DNA of 64,000 nucleotides from Veleropilina oligotropha (Eukaryota): NCBI GenBank assembly GCA_048128005.1, contig JBEUKZ010000093.1, positions 372,001 to 436,000 of the forward strand, read 5' to 3'. Shown piece by piece: positions 10,280 to 19,016 of this stretch (position 1 is its first letter; each line of letters starts with the position of its first letter). The notes under the pieces were generated by a model. It saw only the letters and a program-made list of their open reading frames with translations, ran no database searches and was not told where the DNA came from. The position numbers and the translations under genes were made by a program.

Positions 10280-10943
10280 CTTGATCTGGTATCTTAGGCG
10301 GGCAAACATGTCCAAATTGGCAGTGCTTAGCCGTGGTCAACGCTGCGGTCAGCGGTGCGAGGTACATGCCATATTTATAATACAGCTCACAGCTTGCAGT
10401 GGTCAGGGCATGTGAGATGAACGGGTCGGCCTCCAGGTCGGCGATCAGTCGTAGCTGGTTTGCTGGTGGAATGGGCAGGAACATCCCAGCTGCACCCGCA
10501 TACAGCTGTATAGCAGCGGCCCCGAGGGTCTTCGTCATGTCAGCACCTAGCTTCGCTTCATACCGTGCGTGGTGTTTCTCAACCTCGTCGTCAGTCATAT
10601 CGTCGATTCGGTCCACTGTGAGGTTACGCCCCATGTATCGGTGGGCCTGTCCTCCAACGGCTAATGCTGCAAGCCTCTCCCGTTTCTTTGCCATCCCTAT
10701 GGAGCCAGTTTCAGGTTCCTCGTGCTGCGAGCAGCGTTTGGTCGTCGAGCGGGGTGAGCTGCTGCTCACGGTCATTTCTTCCTCGTCATCCATGAGTTGA
10801 TCGATGAGGCTGTCCATCCTTAAGCGTTTCCAACATCTCCTCGCCAGTCTAATATAGCGATAATGCCAATACCACAACGTTACGAGTAGCAACAAGATCA
10901 GGCCCTGGCTGAAAGCAAAAGCTATGTATACCGCGTCCGACAT
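10182..10943 (-). CDS. Hypothetical helical protein with N-terminal TM (253 aa)
   Basis: ATG at 10943; AVYIAFAFSQGLILLLLVTLWYW. Confidence 0.65.
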   Translation of the reverse strand: MSDAVYIAFAFSQGLILLLLVTLWYWHYRYIRLARRCWKRLRMDSLIDQLMDDEEEMTVSSSSPRSTTKRCSQHEEPETGSIGMAKKRERLAALAVGGQAHRYMGRNLTVDRIDDMTDDEVEKHHARYEAKLGADMTKTLGAAAIQLYAGAAGMFLPIPPANQLRLIADLEADPFISHALTTASCELYYKYGMYLAPLTAALTTAKHCQFGHVCPPKIPDQDDNAGSGPSDRETADREPADREGDFFDGLISE

Positions 10944-10996
10944 GCCTAGCTAGCTAAGTAGCTGCTAAGTAGATGTTAGGGCTAGCCAAGTAGCTG

Positions 10997-11629
10997 CTAA
11001 AGCACACTATAAGCAACGGGCTGATCAGTTTTCAACAGAAGCTTAGCGTGTCGTGTCTCGGACAACAGCTGGCGAACCGCGGTCCGTTCATCCTGCGACG
11101 GGATTACATCGTTCTCGCGCAGACAGTCCTCGAAACTGTCGCGGTCCTTGCAATGGAACAGCGCGACCCAGCGGGTCTGCTCTCTGAGCTCCTTCAAGAC
11201 CGAGTTGTACTTTTGCGTCACTACCCATACGCTCTGGGAAGCATGCCTGCCGCTGAAGGCCAACAAAGTCAGCATGTCCCGTTTCTTTGCCATAGCCTTG
11301 CTCGCGGCGCAGTCGTCGATTATGTACAGAGTCGACTCCCCCTGAAACAGCCGGTAGAACCCCCGCAGCCAGTCATGGAGTCGCTCACCCGGGGGGACTA
11401 AATACACCTCAGGGTCGGTCCAGATCCACGGACAAGACTGGTATGCTTTGTTGTACTTGATCGTGGGGCAGAGGATCACGATATGCCGGAAGACGCCTCG
11501 ATACTCCCCTTCCAGCAGTTCAAGCATGAAAACCGTCTTCCCACAACCGGTCTGGCCGCAGATGATTGCGGAGTGGGGGTCCTTGGTGTGCGGAAATCGT
11601 TTAGTACAGTGCTTCGACGAATCGGCCAT
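10997..11629 (-). CDS. A32/FtsK-like genome packaging ATPase
   Basis: Walker A GQTGCGKT, Walker B YIIDD, A32-type SGRH and VTQKY motifs; adjacent to the capsid gene. Confidence 0.92.
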   Translation of the reverse strand: MADSSKHCTKRFPHTKDPHSAIICGQTGCGKTVFMLELLEGEYRGVFRHIVILCPTIKYNKAYQSCPWIWTDPEVYLVPPGERLHDWLRGFYRLFQGESTLYIIDDCAASKAMAKKRDMLTLLAFSGRHASQSVWVVTQKYNSVLKELREQTRWVALFHCKDRDSFEDCLRENDVIPSQDERTAVRQLLSETRHAKLLLKTDQPVAYSVL

Positions 11630-12902
11630 TCTCGATATTCAGCTGTGCGTCCATGATCACGAACTCGTAGACGTTCAGTGGACCGGCCGCTTCGGCTGTT
11701 TTAGTGATCTGAATAGTAATGCCTTCGCTGGCGTTCTCGACCCTCCGGCCTGACCCGTGCAACTGATCGTCGTCAGTTACCCGCATATCGATCCAGAGCG
11801 CAAATTTCTTAGTCAGAAACTCGCCCAGGGTGACGTCTGCCAACGCTAAGTCCTTTGCGACCATCGCGACCTCAGGATGCCGCTTGCTGCAGCCGGAGGC
11901 GAACATTTTCTTGGCTTCTTCCCAGATCTGGTATGTTCGCATGCCCTGGCTGTAGATTTGATTCGGGACACCCTCGATTGTGACCTCGACCTTTGTGATC
12001 TTCGGATTATAGAAGGCCTCAGTATCGCGAGAGAATGGCGCGGCGTCTCTCGCAGGGTCCTCGAACAACAGTAGTATTCCTTTCATCGACCTCGCCGGTA
12101 CGTTCACATTCATATTCCACAACGAGTCGCTCTTGTCTAGGGTGAGCTTCCGATGCCGGAGAACACGGTCGTACAGGATTACGAGTTGACCCTGGTATTG
12201 ATTTCGAATCCGTCTGGCAAGCTCGGATTGGGTTACCATGTCATATTCGAGGGATATATTGTCGATGGAATAGCTGGAACCGGAGTCGTCCGTCTCCCGG
12301 ATAGTCCGGGAGTAGTCGTTGAACGTTAGCTCATACTCGAGACGGTCTCCAAGGGCGCTTTGATAGAATGGCATGTGACTTTCCAACAGCTCGAAATCCA
12401 GCGGGATGCGGAATCGGTTACCGTACGCGGCCGCGACCGCGACATCCTCAGACAGTCTGAAGGCGTCTGCCGCACCAACACGATGCTTCGTAGTGTTGTG
12501 TCCATCGCTGGTATCAATCCCCTGGTACTGGGCGTTCTTGCGCTCCCCGGTGGTCTTCCAGAGATCGCAGTAGCAGTGGTACACGTCGGAGTCGTCAATC
12601 GACATGATCTCGTTTCCACTTATCTTTATCGTGGTCTTTCTGATCACGGCACGGCCGATATTTTGCACTACAGTCCTATTCGCATTTACCGAGGTCAGAG
12701 AGATGGTAAATGCGAGGTGGGCAGTCCCTGGAACGATCACGTCATTCGCCCCGAGATTAGGGAACCGAACCAGGAGCTGCTGGTTCGGGGCAATCGTTGA
12801 TGGATTGTTTGTAATCGTGACCGACTGGCGGATGCCCTTGACTGCGAGGGGCTCACGCAGCCTGCGGTATGGATTAAGCTTGCGTCCGTATACGCTAGTC
12901 AT
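11601..12902 (-). CDS. Major capsid protein (double jelly roll, inferred; 433 aa)
   Basis: Size, beta-strand patterning (TTIKISGNEI, FRIPLDF, LEYELTF, NISLEYD, KVEVTIEG) and position next to the ATPase. First ATG at 12902. Confidence 0.78.
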   Translation of the reverse strand: MTSVYGRKLNPYRRLREPLAVKGIRQSVTITNNPSTIAPNQQLLVRFPNLGANDVIVPGTAHLAFTISLTSVNANRTVVQNIGRAVIRKTTIKISGNEIMSIDDSDVYHCYCDLWKTTGERKNAQYQGIDTSDGHNTTKHRVGAADAFRLSEDVAVAAAYGNRFRIPLDFELLESHMPFYQSALGDRLEYELTFNDYSRTIRETDDSGSSYSIDNISLEYDMVTQSELARRIRNQYQGQLVILYDRVLRHRKLTLDKSDSLWNMNVNVPARSMKGILLLFEDPARDAAPFSRDTEAFYNPKITKVEVTIEGVPNQIYSQGMRTYQIWEEAKKMFASGCSKRHPEVAMVAKDLALADVTLGEFLTKKFALWIDMRVTDDDQLHGSGRRVENASEGITIQITKTAEAAGPLNVYEFVIMDAQLNIENGRFVEALY

Positions 12903-12938
12903 GGCTGAATTAGATGCGTATCCCACTGATGTATTCAA

Positions 12939-14252
12939 ATGGCGGAATTCGATAACCCCGCATTCGAGCCGGACGATCTCATCGACAACGATGATACCAT
13001 CATCGACGATACTGATGTGGATCTATCCACCGACCGGTTTATGCCTGTTCTTTCGGAACGGCCACAGGAAGGAACCAGCAGTCTTCAGCAAGAGCTCGTT
13101 CAGGGCGTGGTTGACGACTACTACAAAGCCCTGGCACAGGAGGGGCAGACCCCAGCCACGGGGCGAGATTATTCAAAATTCAAGTATGTGAGGGGAAAAT
13201 TAGGGCGGGGTGGAAAATTGGTGATGACGGACTACCCCGACATCAATCTCATAAATTCTCGCACCGGCAACCCCTTGGCGTTGTCAACAATAGCTGGCCG
13301 GCCTGGTGGGGGTGATGCAATCCGTGAAGGGTTGGGTTTTGTACACTGGACGCGGGGGGAAAAAAAGCTGGCCTCAAAAGCGGTTGCAGTTCTTCAGGCA
13401 GCCGACACTGAGTTGAGCGGTGCGGCCGCCAATGTCGACACTATGGAACTTCAGGATTTGGGGCAGACTGCTACTGATGCCTCGGTAGCAATCCACACGA
13501 TGGAGACGAAATTCACTGATACCGAGGTTGAAGAGATCTTAGGCACAATGGGGGACCCTCCATTAAATCTTCGCGAGCTTCGTGGGCTTGATAAGGCGAT
13601 GCAGACCATCCGAGGCGAACTCACGAACAACTTAGCCAAGCTAACGGCGCTGGATGAACACATAGAGCTGGAGAAGATGAAGCTCGATCAGGCAGATGAA
13701 GAGGGCGGTGTGGATGAGTTCATCCGTCGACGGATCGCGGAACGTCTGCGCGACCTGAATGATGAAAGAGCAGCTCGCCTAGAGGCAGCATCATCAAGCC
13801 GGGAGGCCCTTCGCTCTCAAATCAGCCGGATCCGAGAGATGATAAGTCGGATCCTGAACACCGACACAACGCTGGCCGAGCGTATCCGGACCCTGTTCCG
13901 CGAGCAAGGGGTTACGATCGCAACAATACTGACCGCTATCGGGCTCGCCATCTCGACTTTGGTACTAGCCCTGACAGGTGGAGCGCCGAGCATACCACCA
14001 ACACCACCACCTCCCAGTGGTCAGGGCGGGGTCAAGGAGTGGGTAAAAAAGCAGCTGAAGACCCTGGGTCGGATTCTGGGCAAACTAGCAGGGAAGGCCG
14101 CAGCCGCACTCCCAGGAATACTTGGAAGCCTGGTCTCCTGGCTAATCAACCTGATTGGCAAGACTGCGTCGTGGCTCGCCGAAAACCTGTGGGCACTGGT
14201 CATATCAGTTGGGGGCTTGCTTCTTATTGCCGCTAGACAGTGGGTCACGTAA
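12939..14252 (+). CDS. Coiled-coil protein with a hydrophobic C-terminal region (437 aa), function unknown
   Basis: Acidic N-terminus, long helical region, ILTAIGLAISTLVLAL, a Pro run, then amphipathic and TM segments. Confidence 0.8.
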   Translation: MAEFDNPAFEPDDLIDNDDTIIDDTDVDLSTDRFMPVLSERPQEGTSSLQQELVQGVVDDYYKALAQEGQTPATGRDYSKFKYVRGKLGRGGKLVMTDYPDINLINSRTGNPLALSTIAGRPGGGDAIREGLGFVHWTRGEKKLASKAVAVLQAADTELSGAAANVDTMELQDLGQTATDASVAIHTMETKFTDTEVEEILGTMGDPPLNLRELRGLDKAMQTIRGELTNNLAKLTALDEHIELEKMKLDQADEEGGVDEFIRRRIAERLRDLNDERAARLEAASSSREALRSQISRIREMISRILNTDTTLAERIRTLFREQGVTIATILTAIGLAISTLVLALTGGAPSIPPTPPPPSGQGGVKEWVKKQLKTLGRILGKLAGKAAAALPGILGSLVSWLINLIGKTASWLAENLWALVISVGGLLLIAARQWVT

Positions 14253-15528
14253 GCCAAATAAACGCTAGACCAACGACAATGCCGCCCACGATAAGTGCGG
14301 TTTTCTCCTCGTCATGTGCCGCTGGAACAGCCGCCACTGAGGCCACAGCTGGCAGAGAGCTTGGATGCTTCGGAGTAACTACCGGTATGCTTGCATCTGC
14401 GTCTTGTGGAATAACCAGTCCTGTTTCTCCAGTATCCCCAGTGGCGTTGGGCGGCACAGGATTGGCCGCGTTCACCGTAGTATTAAGACCGAGTGTCTGG
14501 TCTTCCGTGGCGACGACGATCTCATTGTTATAACCAGCCACCTGCCCGATCCGTAGAAGCATGTTACTTGGCGCCATGTACAGGCCAACGCCGAATACGA
14601 AGTCCACTTTGGACCTCGCATACTGGAGCACCTCTTGGTACCGTTTGATGGCTGCTGGGAGGTCAACGGGGGATGCGATGGCGTCTTCCACGTTCGCCAG
14701 GAACTGTTTCTGTGCGTCAAACGCCGTCCCACTACCCAGAATACTTGCACGCGTTTGAGCCTGCGCTCCAAGAATAGCCCAGACGTAGGTCCTGATGGAA
14801 TCATTGAGCCTTTCCACGCCGGCCCTCGTGAATCCCACCGACCTGTCCAGAATAAAAGTAGCCCAACCGTTTTTAAGTGCAGGCGCTTGCGCGATGTAGT
14901 CCACGTGCAGATTCGTGTTGGTCGTACCTTTGGTGAAGGACATTCGGCTTGGATCATAGTCACGTCCGATGGGGTGGTAGCCGTTGTTCGTCCAGTAGCT
15001 GTAAGCGGTGCCTAGTCCGCCGTTGGGACCCTTGACACGCCAGTCGGTATGGGGAGACACCCCAAATTCGCTGCAGATCTTCTCATATGCCCTGCGGTCA
15101 TACGGGTTGTCGAATGCATCCCACGTCCGGTCCTGTGGCAGCGGCGCCTGAATTTCGGATAAGATTCGTCTGACCTGATAGTAGACGTGGAAGGTGAATA
15201 CAGCAGTGGAGAGGGGGTCGGTCGCATTTAAGTGGTCTTCTGAGGAGATTCCGGAACCTGTTGTGGCACACCAAACTGCGAAATTGACCTTGTTCTGCCA
15301 GAACCTCATCGGCGTGCTGTTCCAATCCCTTATCAGCCCGTCACTAGCGACATGAGGGAGGCGGTATTTCTGAAAGACGTCAGGGTATGTTGCCCCGAAT
15401 GTAGTGGTTGAGCTATTACCCACATTGATGCTTGGTCTCGTAAGCTGCTCATCTTTGATCTTTGCTGGGTACACCACACCGGTCGGATAGGCCGCACTCC
15501 TATTAAACGCAAAGGCGCTCTTAGCCAT
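14245..15528 (-). CDS. Putative tail-anchored virion protein (427 aa), function unknown
   Basis: Globular region, then a Pro/Thr/Ala-rich stalk and terminal TM ALIVGGIVVGLAFIWLT; no obvious signal peptide. Confidence 0.8.
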   Translation of the reverse strand: MAKSAFAFNRSAAYPTGVVYPAKIKDEQLTRPSINVGNSSTTTFGATYPDVFQKYRLPHVASDGLIRDWNSTPMRFWQNKVNFAVWCATTGSGISSEDHLNATDPLSTAVFTFHVYYQVRRILSEIQAPLPQDRTWDAFDNPYDRRAYEKICSEFGVSPHTDWRVKGPNGGLGTAYSYWTNNGYHPIGRDYDPSRMSFTKGTTNTNLHVDYIAQAPALKNGWATFILDRSVGFTRAGVERLNDSIRTYVWAILGAQAQTRASILGSGTAFDAQKQFLANVEDAIASPVDLPAAIKRYQEVLQYARSKVDFVFGVGLYMAPSNMLLRIGQVAGYNNEIVVATEDQTLGLNTTVNAANPVPPNATGDTGETGLVIPQDADASIPVVTPKHPSSLPAVASVAAVPAAHDEEKTALIVGGIVVGLAFIWLT

Positions 15529-15535
15529 AGCTACT

Positions 15536-16276
15536 ATGTTTCACACATTAACAAACGTTCAAGAGGGGACCGCGGTTGCCCTCCTGGAGCCGATTGATAA
15601 CCGGGACGGCAAGCTATGTGTCAGCTTGCAGTCGCTCGACTATTGGGTAGGCTGGCACAACGTGCATGCCGGAGCCTTCTTTAAGACCCCGGATACCACG
15701 GTCGACGTGGCACCAGGTTTCTACAGCTTCGATGACCTCGCCAAGACGATGAAGAGGTCGCTAGTTAACCTACAACTAGATGTAAGCCATGCTACAGGGC
15801 TCGCCCGAATCGTGGTCCCAGAGGGGACTCGACTCGCGATAAGTGACGATATACGAAAACTCCTCGGCTTAGACCTCTCTTCGTTTATTCTCGATAAAGC
15901 AGGGAATCTGAACCAACCGGTTCGGGGAGTACAGGGCCAACCACCTCCCCCTCCGGAGAGATCCGAGTGGCTACGCCCTGGGACTTATGACGGGAATAAG
16001 CCTGTCGGGTTTGCCATAGCGCCAACCCTGCACGTCCACCTGGAGCAGCTTAGTACAACGCACAATGTGAAGGACGGCGCCCCGAGCACTATTCTCGCGG
16101 TGGTCCCTATCACGTCGCAGATGTTCGGTGAAGCTGGCCACTATCATAGCTATCCCGCCGGCCGGCGACTACAGGCCGGGCTAATCACAGAGTTGAAGGT
16201 TTACATCACAGACTCAGATGGTAAACCGCTCGACAATCACGGTATGCCTATTTCCGCAGTCCTTGCGATACAATGA
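15536..16276 (+). CDS. Minor capsid (penton, single jelly roll) protein, inferred
   Basis: 246 aa; VAPGFYSFDDL, STILAVVPI and ITELKVYITDSDGKPLDNHG resemble Polinton penton motifs. Confidence 0.7.
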   Translation: MFHTLTNVQEGTAVALLEPIDNRDGKLCVSLQSLDYWVGWHNVHAGAFFKTPDTTVDVAPGFYSFDDLAKTMKRSLVNLQLDVSHATGLARIVVPEGTRLAISDDIRKLLGLDLSSFILDKAGNLNQPVRGVQGQPPPPPERSEWLRPGTYDGNKPVGFAIAPTLHVHLEQLSTTHNVKDGAPSTILAVVPITSQMFGEAGHYHSYPAGRRLQAGLITELKVYITDSDGKPLDNHGMPISAVLAIQ

Positions 16277-16620
16277 GCAGCATCTACGGGACCCTGCTTG
16301 CAGACGAGCCCTCTTCCCCGACCCGGTGGCACTTTGTCCTTAATTGTGGGGTAGCGCCCAATAAGGGGCTGGCGAGGAGGGAGTTCATGTTTCCAAACAC
16401 TAGAGGTCGGTTCGGGTTGAACCCAGCCCTTCTAATGATCCACCTGACGCCGGTCCAGCCGGCCGGGGGCCCCAAGGCATGTTCCATAAGTAAACTCAGC
16501 CTGGATTCGGATAAGTTAACCCTCGCCTTTGTCATCAAGGCCCCGTGGGTCGGCACTCTGTATTTGAACGTTACAGTAGACATTTTAAACAAACAGGCGG
16601 AACAATACAGCCACGTATGA
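16273..16620 (+). CDS. Hypothetical beta-rich protein (115 aa)
   Basis: ATGA overlap with the upstream stop and with the downstream start. Confidence 0.55.
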   Translation: MSSIYGTLLADEPSSPTRWHFVLNCGVAPNKGLARREFMFPNTRGRFGLNPALLMIHLTPVQPAGGPKACSISKLSLDSDKLTLAFVIKAPWVGTLYLNVTVDILNKQAEQYSHV

Positions 16621-17252
16621 TGGACAACAAACCCTCAGCGCCAACGCTGTACCCACAACTTGGTGGCGATGTGCCTTCGGAACTGCATGAGGCACAGTCT
16701 TTCCGACTACAGAAAGTGAATGAGCTTCAGGGACAATTAGAACGAGAACGGGATGCTCGGGCTGCACTATATAAAAAGTACCGACGAGGTGTTAACGTCG
16801 TTGACGGTATAGATAACGGACTAGTCGTCGCCACACTTGGTATGGGTAGCGCTGGAATTGGTCTACTGTCCACAATTGTAGCCGCCCCGGTCGTCCTAGT
16901 GCTGGAACTAGCGGCATTAGGGTGTGGGCTCGCTAGTATGGGTGGAAAGTATATCAGCCGGCGCCTCGGGGTGAAGGCTAAGAAACACGACGAGATTCGA
17001 GTCCTGGCCGACAGCAAGCTGAATACCATAACCGACCACGTCTCAAAGGCATTATCGGACGGGGTGATGTCTGATGATGAATTCCAACTGGTCACAGGGG
17101 AGATGTTGAAATACCAAGCCATGAAGGCATCAATTCGGGATAAGAGTAGGAAGGCGCACACCGCGATTTCACAGACCCAGAGCGAGCTTATTGAGCGTGG
17201 TCGTTTAGAAGGTCGTGCAGAGCTGCTGAAAAAAATCGGAGCTGGCGACTAA
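16617..17252 (+). CDS. Coiled-coil protein with a central hydrophobic hairpin (211 aa)
   Basis: ATG at 16617; GLVVATLGMGSAGIGLLSTIVAAPVVLVLELAALGCGL flanked by charged helices. Confidence 0.75.
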   Translation: MMDNKPSAPTLYPQLGGDVPSELHEAQSFRLQKVNELQGQLERERDARAALYKKYRRGVNVVDGIDNGLVVATLGMGSAGIGLLSTIVAAPVVLVLELAALGCGLASMGGKYISRRLGVKAKKHDEIRVLADSKLNTITDHVSKALSDGVMSDDEFQLVTGEMLKYQAMKASIRDKSRKAHTAISQTQSELIERGRLEGRAELLKKIGAGD

Positions 17253-17334
17253 CTATCCAGGTTGAGCGTAGCCACGACTACCCCGCTCCTCCCCCGTATT
17301 AAAGCTAGAAATCGACAGTGATATCTGGACAACC

Positions 17335-17766
17335 ATGAAATCCATGAAATCTATGCTACTGTGTATTGCCGCGGTGTGCTGGCTAGGGGGTGTGTCTACC
17401 CAGGCGTCGACACACAACACTGCATTAATTCTGGAACATACGTGGACTAGGTACCGAAATCATCCCAGGTATAACCCCCGATTCGATCACTTACGTAGAA
17501 ACTTGCTTCTTCGCCCGGGTAGAGACCCCACCCCTGATGTCTCTCCACCGTCATGCCACTATTTTATTATCGGAGATAATGACTGTAGCCCTGCCACACC
17601 AAGAGATACTGTCACATGTGTCCAGTGTTCGACCCCCTCGTTATGTCCTGGAAAAAATGGGGAGTATTATACCATGCTGTCTGGCTGCTTCGGTGTGTGG
17701 AGAAAAGTCGGACAAATCTCACCCTGTAATTGTACTTTAATATCGGGTAACTATATATTCATATAA
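17335..17766 (+). CDS. Putative secreted cysteine-rich protein (143 aa)
   Basis: Signal-peptide-like MKSMLLCIAAVCWLGGVSTQA; 8 Cys in the C-terminal half. Confidence 0.6.
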   Translation: MKSMKSMLLCIAAVCWLGGVSTQASTHNTALILEHTWTRYRNHPRYNPRFDHLRRNLLLRPGRDPTPDVSPPSCHYFIIGDNDCSPATPRDTVTCVQCSTPSLCPGKNGEYYTMLSGCFGVWRKVGQISPCNCTLISGNYIFI

Positions 17767-18577
17767 ACCAGCTGCTCCTGCATTAAAACATATTTTTCCG
17801 GCTTTCCCCTGCGTATATTGTACCATTCAAAGTTGGTTGAAGTTCACGCAGGGGCTGCTTCACCTCTTTGTCTGATTGCGCTTGTAAAAAAAAGATAAAA
17901 TTGAAAAACTCGAAAAAAATATTCTGTTTATTATTATTATTGCTTAAGTATGTATCATTGATGTCTCTCCTGTATATTCTTGTGTACATTGTACTGTAAT
18001 ATTAGTTATAGTTTGTACTGCGCTTAGAGCTAGGAGAGACATCAACGTATTAAATAATAATATTAATATCCCAGGCAGCCATTCTTGCCCGATTTATCAA
18101 TGGCAACAGTCGTTAAAAGCATGACACGCCATTTCTATAGTACTATAGAAATGCTGTCTGGCCGCTTCTGCGCGTATGAATGAAATACCTCGCTGTCCCG
18201 AGTCGACCCAGATATACAAAGTTACTGGATCAAGTCAAGAAAGATTGGCCCAGATTTCTTTTTCTGGTCCCCAACATTCCGTTTAGCACAGAAAGAATAT
18301 ATCAGTCCCCATGTTTACATGGTAGACCGTAATCTAGTGGAGTCATGGTCACGTGGCAATACAGCCTTCTAGAATGATCACAGATCGTCAACAAGTATGT
18401 GTACGTGGAAAGCTCTAGAACGAACAGAGCTCGTCAACAAGTTATATATGGAAATGTGGCAATACACTGATCTAGAAGGCTGTAGAAGGCTGGAGGGGGA
18501 TTAGTGATGTGAGTTTCGGCCGAAATGTCCACAGGTAAGTGGTTTAATTTAATTTACTATTCTAAGCTACCCTAGTT

Positions 18578-19016
18578 TGTACACACGGTGACTTTTTGTA
18601 ATACAATCCCTACCCCTGGGGTCTGAAATATAGCTGGGAGCCTTCCCGGTCGCCCCGGGGCCCTAGTCTAAACTCCCCTGCTGACTAGTCCGAGCTACCC
18701 TGAGTTCTGAAATAGGGCTGGGCGCTGTATTTTCCCATTCTAAAAAGTCAATCACCCCCCCTGCTGCTGAGTTGAGATCCATATTAATTCTGAAAAGTGC
18801 TGGGAGCCTTAATTTCCCCCGCCGCGCCCCCAGATAAAAGGTATGGTCACCCCCCTCCGGAACAGGTGCTGGGCGCTGTATTTTCCCATTATAAAAGGTA
18901 TGATCACCCCCTGCTGCTGAGTTGAGATCCATATTAATTCTGAAAAGTGCTGGGAGCCTTAATTTCCCTCGCCGCACCCCCAGATAAAAGGTATGGTCAC
19001 CCCCCCTGCTGCTGCT
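18578..19016 (-). repeat. Right terminal inverted repeat (ends ...CCTGCTGCTGCT)
   Basis: Reverse complement of the left TIR, with one extra AGC unit. Confidence 0.95.

Larger units (their letters stand above)
3148..19016. mobile_element. Endogenous Polinton/Maverick-like virus, full length (~15.9 kb)
   Basis: TIRs at 3148-3583 and 18578-19016; flanking direct repeat GTAAT (3143-3147 and 19017-19021); integrase, PolB, packaging ATPase and capsid-like ORFs; interior visibly richer in GC than the host flanks. Confidence 0.93.
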
